Shown here in pieces: positions 9,502 through 19,098 of a stretch of DNA of 43,058 bases. Source of the DNA: Candidatus Hadarchaeota archaeon (GTDB taxonomy: Archaea > CAYQAE01 > CAYVLA01); contig CAZUNO010000025.1 in NCBI GenBank assembly GCA_964621445.1, positions 1 through 43,058 of the forward strand, read 5' to 3'. The translations under genes and the position numbers were made by a program. The notes beneath the pieces were generated by a model that had not been told where the DNA came from, did no database searches, and saw only the letters and a program-made list of their open reading frames with translations. Within the stretch, counting starts at the first letter, position 1. Every line of letters starts with the position of its first letter.

Positions 9502-10968
9502 TCAGCACCCGGAGGACGCAACGAAGGAGAATAGGTCGCAATTCCTGAATTTGAATTCCAGGCGGACAACCTCCCCCTCCAGCTCCCGCATCCGTCCCGA
9601 TTCCCACTCTACTTTATGGCGAACATCATCACCCTCGAAGGTTTGGCATTGATCGTAGGAGAAATGGGTGACCGTGTTTCGCCGTTGATCGGTGACCCTT
9701 ACCTCCAGGAAACCCTCATCGGTTCTCGCATTAACCTCCAGGTCTCCCTCCGGCCAGATGATCGGCTTGGTGAGCAGATAGCTCACGTGTTCGCGCGCGC
9801 TAACCGAAACGAAGCCCTCCTTTCTAAACCTGAGAACCCCTATGGAACCCTGCCTCTCGGTCTCGTCATGGTATCCATCGTAGCCGGTATAATATAGCCA
9901 CCATTCATCCCCCTTTTCAAGGATTCTGTCTCCAGTAGCTACCATGCCCGAATCCCACTCCTCTCCATCATCTATGGATATTAGCTTTGTCCTCCCCGGC
10001 AAACGCGACCATTCTAGGCCATCCCGGCTGTACACCAGCTCAACCTCCATCTTCTGTGGATTCTCCCCCAAATGGTGTAGAAAGCCCCAGTAGATATTGC
10101 CGTAAATGAACGTGGGCATGCTGTAGAACCTTTGGCTATCTCCCTGGTCGGGGATCAATACCGAGGAAGGCATGCCTATCCACCTGGACCAAAGATCCCG
10201 GCTGGATACCCGGCAGATCATACGCGTATTTCCGAAATACTCCTCCGGCTGCTTTCCGCCGAAAATCAGGCGGTTTCTCAGGAAGGAAACGAACTCCCCG
10301 CTATCCCGGTCATGTACGATGGTGTGATAGCAGTCTATGCGATTCGATATTACCTCATGTACCTTTTGCGTCCAGTTAATCCCATCCTCGGATGTGGCCA
10401 GGTAGTGGGAATGATCGCAGTAGTACATCAAGAATCTGTGTTCCCTTAGAAATCGGGGAGGAAGGGTTCCGATATTCCTAAGTCTACCCTCTACATCTTC
10501 ATCAAGGGTGTGCACATGGGCGATCTTGGCCTCCCTCTCGCCCTCCATGATTATATTGGTATGCTCTCGATTCCCCCATGATATTAGATCTAGGTCCGGT
10601 TTACGCCATTCCAGGCCATTCCTTGATTCTGCATAGCACAAAAAGTATGACCCGGGAGGATAGCCCTCCAATCCCCTTCTTTCCCTCTGGTAAACGGTGT
10701 AGTACATTCTCAGCATATCATCCCTGGAATCGTAAATCACGGCCGGGTGGCTTATTCCGAACTCCTCCTCCCAGGGTTTATCGGGCACGATAACCGGACT
10801 GTCTGGACGTTCAGCACGGTGGAAGACGTGGGGGACGGTGGAGGAAAATTTCCTTTCATCAAACCTGTTCTCCACCAGGTAGTCGTCAACCATTATCTGG
10901 GGTTCGTCCAGCCTGATCTCCCTCAATGCCGAGGGGTCCAATTCTCCTTGATCGTCGGGACAGGGCAT
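9502..10968 (-). CDS. Five-bladed beta-propeller glycoside hydrolase-like protein (GH32/GH43/GH130-like fold)
   Basis: YAESRNGLEWRKP, ATSEDGINW, YSRDGLEW, WDSGMV, WLYYTG and RKEGFVS repeats; start re-called to ATG at 10968 because the longer ORF overlaps top6A. Confidence 0.65.
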   Translation of the reverse strand: MPCPDDQGELDPSALREIRLDEPQIMVDDYLVENRFDERKFSSTVPHVFHRAERPDSPVIVPDKPWEEEFGISHPAVIYDSRDDMLRMYYTVYQRERRGLEGYPPGSYFLCYAESRNGLEWRKPDLDLISWGNREHTNIIMEGEREAKIAHVHTLDEDVEGRLRNIGTLPPRFLREHRFLMYYCDHSHYLATSEDGINWTQKVHEVISNRIDCYHTIVHDRDSGEFVSFLRNRLIFGGKQPEEYFGNTRMICRVSSRDLWSRWIGMPSSVLIPDQGDSQRFYSMPTFIYGNIYWGFLHHLGENPQKMEVELVYSRDGLEWSRLPGRTKLISIDDGEEWDSGMVATGDRILEKGDEWWLYYTGYDGYHDETERQGSIGVLRFRKEGFVSVSAREHVSYLLTKPIIWPEGDLEVNARTDEGFLEVRVTDQRRNTVTHFSYDQCQTFEGDDVRHKVEWESGRMRELEGEVVRLEFKFRNCDLFSFVASSGC

Positions 10969-11069
10969 GGTGACACCCCTACCGGGGGACTCAAATATCA
11001 ATCCCATTAGGGATGACGAACCGCAAGGTCTTCCGTTGATATCGCGAGCAGGGGTGAAACCAAGGGCGC

Positions 11070-12158
11070 TTAAGGCAGGAAATCCCGGTTCTCTATCTTT
11101 GTGGGCAAATAATCGTCGGCCACGAAGGACAGCGACTTGTAAGCAAGGGCCTGCTGCTCTATCCTGACCTTCTTCTTCAACATGACCTTCAGTTCTCGCT
11201 GCCACTCCTCGCTGTTGAACCATGGATAGGACAACTCTTCCTTAATACGCTTCTCGTCCTGGGGTTTAAGCTTCTCGGTGACCTTTTCCAGGCCATACTC
11301 GTCCACATCGCTCATGGTCATTCCGATGAATTTACACTCAGGGGTGGCCAGTCTCTCGGAGAGATAGGCAAGGTTAATGGACCCGCACTTGATGACGTTG
11401 TAGATGTAATAGCCATAGGGGTCGCCATCGGTGAAGACGTAGGTAGGCAGGTCGAATTCCTTGTGCAGACGGTGCACCAGCCTCCTGGCCCCCCTGCTGG
11501 GTTGGCCACCGCAGGATATAAGGACAGCATTGTTCTTCTTGTCGAATTTCTCCTCCTTGAGCCGGTCACACATGGCGTTGGTCTCGATCACCAGGGCGAA
11601 ATCGGCATTCACGTCCTCAATATCAATTCTCTCAATATTGCTGGGAATGGCATAACCGCCACTGCCCATCTTCGAGCAGTCTATGATGTCCCCGGCATCT
11701 TGTATCCTTATGTATCCATGCATGTAACCGCTTTTATCTGCGTTTAGATGGAGTTGCTCACGCAGGACATCCATCATCCTTTCCAGATCCTCCACGCAGG
11801 AATCGGACTCATTCTGGTCCTCGAAGGTATTCTCCTCCTTCTTACCAGGTAGGGTGTGCTTCAACTGATAGTATAATTCCCTGATGCTTGCGGTCTTGGT
11901 CTCGCGGAGCAGGTCCTTGCACCTCGCGGCTATCATCAGCGTTTGCATGAACTTCCTGGAGTGTGATAGATTCAGGAAGGAACGGGTGCTTAACTTGCCC
12001 CCCTGTTTCAATAGACTACTCTCCTCCTCGTAAAACACGTTACTAAGGCCTTTTGATGGATAGCTGAATGTCGGGGATTGCAGCGAATTTACCTTTTCAT
12101 AGACCTCCCCGCCAAACTCCGTAAGCTTCCGAGCAACATCCTCACTTGTCTCAGCCAC
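11070..12158 (-). CDS. top6A: DNA topoisomerase VI subunit A (Spo11 family)
   Basis: SIRELYYQLKH catalytic Tyr region, TFEDQNESD, TOPRIM VIET and FTDGDPYG, RIEQQAL; GTG start at 12158 after SD GGTGA. Confidence 0.95.
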   Translation of the reverse strand: MAETSEDVARKLTEFGGEVYEKVNSLQSPTFSYPSKGLSNVFYEEESSLLKQGGKLSTRSFLNLSHSRKFMQTLMIAARCKDLLRETKTASIRELYYQLKHTLPGKKEENTFEDQNESDSCVEDLERMMDVLREQLHLNADKSGYMHGYIRIQDAGDIIDCSKMGSGGYAIPSNIERIDIEDVNADFALVIETNAMCDRLKEEKFDKKNNAVLISCGGQPSRGARRLVHRLHKEFDLPTYVFTDGDPYGYYIYNVIKCGSINLAYLSERLATPECKFIGMTMSDVDEYGLEKVTEKLKPQDEKRIKEELSYPWFNSEEWQRELKVMLKKKVRIEQQALAYKSLSFVADDYLPTKIENRDFLP

Positions 12159-12264
12159 TCTATCACCTTGATTATGAATATGAATCATATTTAAACGCGG
12201 ATCTCTTTAATGCTATCTTGCCCCGGGATGTGGGTCATTGACCTGAACGATAGGAGGGGCTAAT

Positions 12265-12816
12265 TTGAATATGTATAAAGCTATGGAGAAGGCCTGGAAA
12301 CGGCCCGAGGAATCCTACGTTAAGGAACTGATGAGGGAGAGACTAGTTAGGTGGCGTAGGCAGCCGGTCATTACCAGGATTGATAAACCAACCAGATTGG
12401 ATCGAGCACGAAAATTGGGATATAAGGCTAAACAAGGTTTCGTAATGGCTAGAGTAAGGGTCAGAAGGGGTGGAAGACGAAAGGCCAGACCACGAAAGGG
12501 TCGAAAACCTCGAAGGATGCTGGTTCACCACCTCCCCCCAAAGAAGTCCCTGCAGAGGATCGGAGAGGAGAGAACGAACCGCAAATTCCCAAACCTTGAG
12601 GTCCTTAACTCCTACCATGTCGCCAGCGATGGGAAGCACAAGTACTTCGAGGCAATTCTCGTGGATCCCCACCACCCCGCCATTCGCTCCGACAAGGACA
12701 TAAACTGGATATGCAACGAGAGCCAGAGAAGGAGGGTATACCGCGGCCTTACTTCGGCCGCCAAGAAAGGGCGAGGCCTGAGAAACAAGGGCAAGGGTTC
12801 AGAAAAGGCCAGGTAA
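12265..12816 (+). CDS. rpl15e: 50S ribosomal protein L15e
   Basis: [46 protein letters not shown]. Confidence 0.98.
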   Translation: MNMYKAMEKAWKRPEESYVKELMRERLVRWRRQPVITRIDKPTRLDRARKLGYKAKQGFVMARVRVRRGGRRKARPRKGRKPRRMLVHHLPPKKSLQRIGEERTNRKFPNLEVLNSYHVASDGKHKYFEAILVDPHHPAIRSDKDINWICNESQRRRVYRGLTSAAKKGRGLRNKGKGSEKAR

Positions 12817-12842
12817 AGGACCATATTTGTGGTTGGGAGCAC

Positions 12843-13445
12843 ATGGAAAGGGCGTTTCTAGATCTACTTACCTTTCCCCGCAGGAGGGGAGGAAGGGACA
12901 CGCCCTCTAGGCTAGCACTGATAGCAGGTGAACTGAACTATTCTACCGTAGGGGTTTATGGATCCCTGGAGGTGGAGAAATCCCGAGGCCTCGACCAGCT
13001 GGAAAACATCTCAGTGATATCGATTACCGAGATTGGTAAGGGAGGGGAATCGGAATTGACCTTCGCCTCCGGGAAAAGGGCAAGGAGAGCAGCCTCCACC
13101 GGCAACATCGATTTCATCATCCCCGATAGAAGGGACGAGGTGGCGCTACGATTCGCGGTTGAAAACGAGGTGACAATTGCCTATCCCTACTCTGAGATCC
13201 TGTCCACGAGAGGGATAAAACGCTCCTCCATTATCCAGGATTGGTGCACCATGCATCAGGCCCTTACGCGCAGGGAGGGGACCGAGATAATGGTTTCCGG
13301 CGCCCGCAATAGCTACCTCCTCAGGGATCCCCGAGATATCGCATCCCTAATTCACACCATATTCGATGTTGATCTGAAGGAGGCCCTATCATGGATTTCC
13401 ACCAGGCCTGACCATATCCTGAAAAGGGCTAGGGAGGTGGAATAG
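12843..13445 (+). CDS. rnp3: RNase P protein subunit Rpp30 (divergent)
   Basis: Conserved position between rpl15e and Pop5; FAVENEVTI and SGARNSYLLRDPRDIASL motifs; ATG at 12843. Confidence 0.75.
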   Translation: MERAFLDLLTFPRRRGGRDTPSRLALIAGELNYSTVGVYGSLEVEKSRGLDQLENISVISITEIGKGGESELTFASGKRARRAASTGNIDFIIPDRRDEVALRFAVENEVTIAYPYSEILSTRGIKRSSIIQDWCTMHQALTRREGTEIMVSGARNSYLLRDPRDIASLIHTIFDVDLKEALSWISTRPDHILKRAREVE

Positions 13446-13450
13446 TCAGA

Positions 13451-14011
13451 TTGCGAGCCAAGAGACGGTATATCGCCTTCCAGATAATTGGAGAAAAGCA
13501 GTTCAAACGCGAGGAGGTCATCCGTCACCTGGTGAGATCCCATCTTAACTTCGTGGGGGAGAAGGCATACTCCATAGCCTCACCGTGGCTCATCTCCTTC
13601 GAGGAGGAGACCCAGAAGGGACTGGTCAGGACAAAACTCGATGGCCTGAACCAGTTTAGATCCTCAATGGCCCTCATAACCAGCATCGAGGGACACGATG
13701 CGATATTCAGGACCCTTGGGGTTTGTGGAACCATCAGGGGCTGTGAGGATAGATTTATTAAAAAAATGAAGATAAGTGCTATTGAGAGAGTGGAAAAGAG
13801 GAATAAAGAGGAAGATCCGGGAAGATTGAAGAGGATAGCCAGGATTAAGGCGATGGTCCCGGGGTCCAAGATTAAGATTTCTCACAAGGAATTCACGCTT
13901 AGGCAGGCTTTCCAGGATGGAAGAATCGACCTGACGAGTGACGAAGGATCCTTTGGGTTTACCGTTTTGGATCTTCTTGGGTCAAACCTCGGAAACGAGG
14001 GAAGGAATTGA
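13451..14011 (+). CDS. rnp2: RNase P protein subunit Pop5/Rpp14 with C-terminal extension
   Basis: RAKRRYIAF N-terminus, GLVR and TLGVCGTIR motifs; about 80 extra C-terminal residues. Confidence 0.88.
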   Translation: MRAKRRYIAFQIIGEKQFKREEVIRHLVRSHLNFVGEKAYSIASPWLISFEEETQKGLVRTKLDGLNQFRSSMALITSIEGHDAIFRTLGVCGTIRGCEDRFIKKMKISAIERVEKRNKEEDPGRLKRIARIKAMVPGSKIKISHKEFTLRQAFQDGRIDLTSDEGSFGFTVLDLLGSNLGNEGRN

Positions 14012-14159
14012 TTTCAACGCCCTCTAGAGGGGGACGAAGGACCGATGCAAGGTTTTTGGAGAAAGGTCGCCTTAAAATGGGGTATAATCCCTTATCCTCC
14101 ACCAGTCCCACTACTTTTTTCCGTCTCAAATGTAAAAGCCCAGACTCGAGGGATAAGAC

Positions 14160-14861
14160 ATGGTAACCCTGGATGATGCAGTGATAGCTAGATATTCATC
14201 CCACGGATCCGACTTCGAGATACTGGTTGATCCCCAATTGGCCACGAAGATCAGGCAGGGTGAGCTAGTTGACCTGGATGATCTTCTGGCGGTTAGAAAC
14301 GTGTTCAAGGATTCAAGCGCAGGGGACAAGGCGTCGGAGGAGAGAATCGAGGAGATATTCGGTACTTCGGACCTCAAACCCGTTGTATACAGGATAATCC
14401 GGAAGGGCGAAATCCAGTTAACCACTGCTCAGAGAAGAGAGATGGTTGAGAACAAGCGCAAAGCGGTAATCAACTTCATCGCTCGAAATGCAGTTGATCC
14501 CAGGACCGGTCGTCCCCATCCTCCTGGCAGGATAGAGAACGCAATGGAAGAGGCCAGGTGCAAGATAGACCCATTCGAAAAGGTAAGGGGCCAGGTCAAA
14601 AGAGTTGTTAAGGACCTGAGACCGCTGCTACCTCTTAGATTCGAAGTCAGGACCATAGCGGTGAAGATACCGCCCGAATACACCGGCAAGGCATATGGAG
14701 AAGTCAAGTCATATGGCGAGCTCAAGAAAGAGGAATGGCAAAAGGACGGATCTTGGGTAGGTCTAATCGAGATTCCCGTGGGGATAGAGCAGGAGTTCTA
14801 TTCAGCTCTGGGCAGGGCAACCTCCGGCGAAGTAGAAACCAAGATAGTGGAGCGAAAATAG
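14160..14861 (+). CDS. sdo1: Ribosome maturation factor SBDS/Sdo1
   Basis: [43 protein letters not shown]. Confidence 0.97.
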   Translation: MVTLDDAVIARYSSHGSDFEILVDPQLATKIRQGELVDLDDLLAVRNVFKDSSAGDKASEERIEEIFGTSDLKPVVYRIIRKGEIQLTTAQRREMVENKRKAVINFIARNAVDPRTGRPHPPGRIENAMEEARCKIDPFEKVRGQVKRVVKDLRPLLPLRFEVRTIAVKIPPEYTGKAYGEVKSYGELKKEEWQKDGSWVGLIEIPVGIEQEFYSALGRATSGEVETKIVERK

Positions 14862-14874
14862 GCTAAGTGATGAT

Positions 14875-15555
14875 TTGACTCTAGCTGCCAATAGGAGCCT
14901 GGTTACTCCAGGAACGGAAATCGCAGAAGGAAAGATGAAACTAAAGGACGGTGTATTCCGGGAGGGAAACACCGTATACTCCAGCGTCATGGGGCTAGTC
15001 GACAAGCGTGGTAAATCGGTACGGGTAATCCCCTTAACCGGAAAATACATCCCCACCGAACGGGACCGGGTCATTGCCTGTGTAACCGAGATCCAATTCA
15101 TGGGTTGGATGACATATCTCAGAAGTCCCACGCCCGGAATTCTCAAGGTCGGAGAGGTGCCCCATGACTTCGATCCCATAAAGGGCAACCTGGATGAAAT
15201 ACTGGCCGTCGGGGACCTGATATTTACCGAGATACTCTCGGTTAACAAGTATATGCAGGTTAAACTGACCATGAAGGATTCCCGACTGAGGAAGCTGGTT
15301 GGTGGTCGGATATTGACGGTGAACCCCGCTAAGGTTCCCCGGGTAATAGGCAGAAGGGGATCCATGATCTCCATGATCAAGCGGGCCATCAGCCGAGATA
15401 TTCTGGTGGGTCAGAACGGGATCGTGTGGGCCCGATGCGATAGCACCGAGGAGGAGGAATTATTGAAGAGATTACTGGAAAAGATAGAGGCCGAAGCCCA
15501 CACCTCGGGCCTCACGAATCGTGTGAAGAAAATATTGAAGGAGGAAATGAGTTGA
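14875..15555 (+). CDS. rrp4: Exosome RNA-binding cap subunit Rrp4
   Basis: VIPLTGKYIP, S1 domain, KH motif KVPRVIGRRGSMI, VGQNG, EAHTSGLT. Confidence 0.95.
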   Translation: MTLAANRSLVTPGTEIAEGKMKLKDGVFREGNTVYSSVMGLVDKRGKSVRVIPLTGKYIPTERDRVIACVTEIQFMGWMTYLRSPTPGILKVGEVPHDFDPIKGNLDEILAVGDLIFTEILSVNKYMQVKLTMKDSRLRKLVGGRILTVNPAKVPRVIGRRGSMISMIKRAISRDILVGQNGIVWARCDSTEEEELLKRLLEKIEAEAHTSGLTNRVKKILKEEMS

Positions 15556-16265
15556 GTGAACCAGAGAAGTTGATTGTGGACGGGAAGAGACTGGATGGTA
15601 GAGATCCAGGTGAAATGAGGCCCGTCAAGATGAAGGTTGGCCACTTGAAGAAGGCCGACGGATCAAGCTACGTGGAATGGGGGAATAACAAGGCCGTCGC
15701 GGCGGTGTATGGGCCAAGAGAAACCCACCCCAGGCACCTCCAGAAGTCAGACCGGGCGATAATTCAGCTCAGGTATAGTATGACTTCTTTCTCGGTCGAT
15801 GACCGAAAGCGACCCGGCCCCAACCGTAGGGCTACCGAGATAGCAAAGGTTACCAGGGAGGCCCTGGAATCCGCCATATTCCTGAATAAGTACCCACGCT
15901 CCAGCCTGGATATAGATATTGAGATACTCCAGGCCGATGCAGGAACCAGGTGCACGGGGATTAACGCCGTGTCACTGGCCCTGGCAGACGCCGGAATACC
16001 GATGAGGGATCTGGTGGTCGCGGTCGCCGCAGGGAAGGTCGATGGGCAGATATGCCTGGATCTAGGTAAGCTGGAGGATAACCATGGCGAGGCCGATCTG
16101 CCGGTGGCGGTGATGCCACGCAAGAAGCAGGTTACGCTGCTACAGATGGACGGCGACTTAACCAAGGAGGAATTCAAGCAGGCCATGGACATGATAATGG
16201 GAGCCGTCGACCAGATACATAAGACGCAGCGGGATGCCCTCATGGAGAGGTTCGAAGGAGAGTGA
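15552..16265 (+). CDS. rrp41: Exosome catalytic subunit Rrp41
   Basis: RLDGR, ADGSSYVEWG, RPGPNRRATEI, QADAGTR, EDNHGEADLP. Confidence 0.98.
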   Translation: MSEPEKLIVDGKRLDGRDPGEMRPVKMKVGHLKKADGSSYVEWGNNKAVAAVYGPRETHPRHLQKSDRAIIQLRYSMTSFSVDDRKRPGPNRRATEIAKVTREALESAIFLNKYPRSSLDIDIEILQADAGTRCTGINAVSLALADAGIPMRDLVVAVAAGKVDGQICLDLGKLEDNHGEADLPVAVMPRKKQVTLLQMDGDLTKEEFKQAMDMIMGAVDQIHKTQRDALMERFEGE

Positions 16266-16269
16266 TCAT

Positions 16270-17079
16270 TTGACTGAAGTACTTGAAGAAGTAAAGCGGG
16301 AAAGCGTACGCAACCTCATAAGTAACGGGAACAGACCCGATGGTAGAGAGTTCGACGAGTTCAGGGAGATCAATTACGAGACCGATTACATCGGCACTGC
16401 AGAGGGGTCATGTCTCCTTTATCTAGGTGATACCCAGATCATCTCCGCGGTAAAAACGGATACCGGTGAGCCCTATCCGGACTCGCCCGAGGAAGGGGCC
16501 CTGATAACCTCGGCGGAATTGGTTCCCACGGCGTCTCCTGAGGTGGAATCAGGCCCTCCCACCAGGAATGAAAAGTATATCGAGATAGCTAGGGTAATTG
16601 ACCGTTCAATCCGGCAGTCGGGCATGATCGATATGAAGGAGATGTGTATAGAGAAAGGCAAGCTAGTACGTATGCTTTTCATAGATGTGCACATTCTGGA
16701 CGACTTCGGTAATCTAATCGATGCAGGTACCCTGGCCGCGGTACTGGCACTGAAGACGGCGAAGACCAGGAACTTCAAGATCGAGGACGGGGAGACAGTT
16801 GAGCTCGAGGAAAGGACCCCATTACCTCTAGGACCCACTCCCCTGGCCTGCTCCATAGCCAAGTTTGGTGATTCACTATTGGTGGACCCCACATATGAGG
16901 AGGAGGTGGCCATGGATAGCAAGATTATCTTTGGCATTGATGAAGAAGAACATATTAGAGCCATGCAGAAGAGTGGATCCGGACCCTGGGATAACGATCA
17001 AATCCAGGAGGCTCTGGAACTCGCCTTCAAGACCATATCGGATCTTCGTGACAAATTCAGATTGGAGGAAATCGGTTGA
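16270..17079 (+). CDS. rrp42: Exosome subunit Rrp42
   Basis: RPDGREFDEFR, AEGS, PYPDSPEEG, EIARVIDRSIR, DPTYEEE, AMQKSG; TTG start at 16270 after GAGTGA. Confidence 0.97.
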   Translation: MTEVLEEVKRESVRNLISNGNRPDGREFDEFREINYETDYIGTAEGSCLLYLGDTQIISAVKTDTGEPYPDSPEEGALITSAELVPTASPEVESGPPTRNEKYIEIARVIDRSIRQSGMIDMKEMCIEKGKLVRMLFIDVHILDDFGNLIDAGTLAAVLALKTAKTRNFKIEDGETVELEERTPLPLGPTPLACSIAKFGDSLLVDPTYEEEVAMDSKIIFGIDEEEHIRAMQKSGSGPWDNDQIQEALELAFKTISDLRDKFRLEEIG

Positions 17080-17318
17080 AAAAGAAGAAAAAGGTAGGAT
17101 CATCAGGACGTCTTGGCGCCAGATATGGATGGAAACTTCGTGGACAGGTTAGAGATGTAGAGAAGAAGGCCAAAGCCGAGTATGAATGCCACGAGTGCGG
17201 CAAGCGGTCCCTTAAACGCGAGGGAACCGGTATTTGGAAATGCTCGAAATGCGGGAGCGTCTTCTCGGGCGGTGCCTTCGTGCCCAAGACGGCCACCTCG
17301 GTACGTGGCGGTGATTGA
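17076..17318 (+). CDS. rpl37ae: 50S ribosomal protein L37ae (eL43)
   Basis: GRLGARYG, CxxC...GIWKCSKCG, GGAF. Confidence 0.97.
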   Translation: MKKKKKVGSSGRLGARYGWKLRGQVRDVEKKAKAEYECHECGKRSLKREGTGIWKCSKCGSVFSGGAFVPKTATSVRGGD

Positions 17319-17319
17319 T

Positions 17320-17472
17320 ATGGAGGACATGAAGTCCGGATACAAGTGCAGGAACTGCGGCAGGTTAGTAAGCCTCAAGGAGGGAGAACCCGTGAGATGC
17401 AACTACTGCGGGTACAGGATCCTCTATAAGGTGAGACCTACCGAGAACCCTAAGAAAGTCAAGGCAAGGTAG
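17320..17472 (+). CDS. rpoP: DNA-directed RNA polymerase subunit P (Rpo12)
   Basis: YKCRNCG...VRCNYCGYRILYKVRP..KVKAR zinc ribbon; ATG at 17320. Confidence 0.95.
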   Translation: MEDMKSGYKCRNCGRLVSLKEGEPVRCNYCGYRILYKVRPTENPKKVKAR

Positions 17473-17476
17473 TCAA

Positions 17477-17722
17477 GTGGAGTGCCATATCGACTTACAA
17501 TTGTTCGACGGAAGATCCGCAGAATCGGTTCTAGGTGCAGTCGCCCCTGAATCGAGGGCCGTGCCCTCTCACCGCACCGAGATTAGCATGAGAAGGAACG
17601 GGAACCATATCTTCCTTGACATCGAGTCCGAGGATGTAACCAGCATGAGAGCAGCGGTCAATTCATATTGCCGATGGCTCATCCTGGCCCGTGAGATGAC
17701 TGAATACGCAGGAGATGATTGA
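17477..17722 (+). CDS. pcc1: KEOPS complex subunit Pcc1
   Basis: AVAPE..., IESEDVTSMRAAVNSYCRWL; conserved position after rpoP. Confidence 0.88.
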   Translation: MECHIDLQLFDGRSAESVLGAVAPESRAVPSHRTEISMRRNGNHIFLDIESEDVTSMRAAVNSYCRWLILAREMTEYAGDD

Positions 17723-18092
17723 TTTGGCAGAAGATTTGCCCCAACAGCTACAACACCAATTGGGACAATACCAACAGATTAGACAACAATACCAGGAGAT
17801 ATCGCTCCAAAGAAGAAGGCTGGAAAGCCAACTGAGTGAGGCCAAAATGGCCTCTGAAGAGCTAGAGAAGATAGCGGAGGACGACCTGGTCTATAGAAAT
17901 GTCGGTAACCTCATGCTGAGTGTCGATAAAGAGGATGCCCAGGAGGACCTTGAGGAGCGAATTGAAACCCTGGAACTCAGAGTAAAGGTAACAAAGAGAC
18001 AGGAAACCAAAATCACCAACCGGATGAAGGAAATGGAATCCAAGATCAAAAGCATGGCCGGTGAATCCGAAGGAATTGCACCGGCTGGATGA
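17715..18092 (+). CDS. pfdB: Prefoldin beta subunit
   Basis: LPQQLQ coiled coil, VYRNVGNLM hairpin, ETLELRVK; possible TTG start at 17724. Confidence 0.95.
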   Translation: MIDLAEDLPQQLQHQLGQYQQIRQQYQEISLQRRRLESQLSEAKMASEELEKIAEDDLVYRNVGNLMLSVDKEDAQEDLEERIETLELRVKVTKRQETKITNRMKEMESKIKSMAGESEGIAPAG

Positions 18093-18095
18093 AGA

Positions 18096-19055
18096 ATGGA
18101 ATTCCAGCCCTTTCTATCTCTCATTCGAGAGTCCCAATCAATCAGCGTCTATACACATGCCAACGCGGACGTCGATGCGGTTGGCGCTTGTCTATCGTTG
18201 AAGCTATCCATCGAACAACTTGGAAAGAGGTGCTCGGTGTCCGCGCCGGAATCGGTGAGCAAGATAGGCAGGAAGCTCGCGGACGAGTTTGGCGAAGAGA
18301 TTGCCGTCTCAAGCTCGCCCCATGAGGGCGACCTCTATGTCTTTGTCGATGTTACGCCCTCCTCGGATTGGAAACTGGAGCCAACCGCGGTTATAGACCA
18401 TCACCAGGTAGAGGAACCAGCCAACCTAGAATTTGCGTTCATCGATCCGGATTTTACCTCGGCATCCGAGATGGTCTTCGAATTCCTTCAATATCTAATG
18501 GATATCGAAAAACCCTTTGACATGACCCCGGAGATATCCGCCCTGCTCCTGGCGGGGATTATAGCCGACACAGCAGGTCTAAGGCTATCGGTAAAGGAAA
18601 CCCTGGAACACGCCGTTTCAATCTCCTCAATCTGTGGGGTCGAGGTCAGGGATGTATTTGCACTTCTCAGAACGCCCAGGGACCGCTCCCTGAAGATAGC
18701 CTGCCTCAAGGGGGCTTCCAGGCTCAAGATAAGAACCCTTGGCGATGTGATTTTGGTTATCACCCAGGTTTCCAGCTTCCAGGGAGATGTGGCTTCCGTT
18801 CTTCTCAGGCTGGGAGCGGACATAGCCTTTGCAGCGGGAAAGAAGGGCTCTGTTCTCAAGGTAAGTGGAAGAGCAAGGACCAATATGGTAAGGAAAGGGA
18901 TCAACCTGGCTCAGGTAATGGAAACCGTTGCTGAAGGGGTGGGGGGAGAAGGTGGCGGTCATAAAGGCGCTGCCGGGATGACCGGTAAGGGTGATGTGGA
19001 GGACGTTCTGGAGATGTGCCTGTCCGAGACCAGAACTCAGATAGAAACGGGCTAA
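18096..19055 (+). CDS. DHH/DHHA1 family phosphoesterase
   Basis: THANADVDAVG, VIDHH, GIIADT, GGGHKGAAG; conserved position after pfdB. Confidence 0.92.
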   Translation: MEFQPFLSLIRESQSISVYTHANADVDAVGACLSLKLSIEQLGKRCSVSAPESVSKIGRKLADEFGEEIAVSSSPHEGDLYVFVDVTPSSDWKLEPTAVIDHHQVEEPANLEFAFIDPDFTSASEMVFEFLQYLMDIEKPFDMTPEISALLLAGIIADTAGLRLSVKETLEHAVSISSICGVEVRDVFALLRTPRDRSLKIACLKGASRLKIRTLGDVILVITQVSSFQGDVASVLLRLGADIAFAAGKKGSVLKVSGRARTNMVRKGINLAQVMETVAEGVGGEGGGHKGAAGMTGKGDVEDVLEMCLSETRTQIETG

Positions 19056-19098
19056 TGTATGAGAAAGCTTATTAGAGATAAGGACGATTTCGGTCAAG

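Noticed and set aside
11010-11035. Hammerhead ribozyme, archaeal SECIS, SAM-I riboswitch or C/D guide
   Set aside because: Lacks the CUGANGA...GAAA core, the full SAM-I core and clear D/D' boxes; no in-frame-TGA selenoprotein was seen nearby
12223-12250. K-turn (GATG...CTGA) in the rpl15e leader
   Set aside because: The canonical stem does not pair; too weak to call
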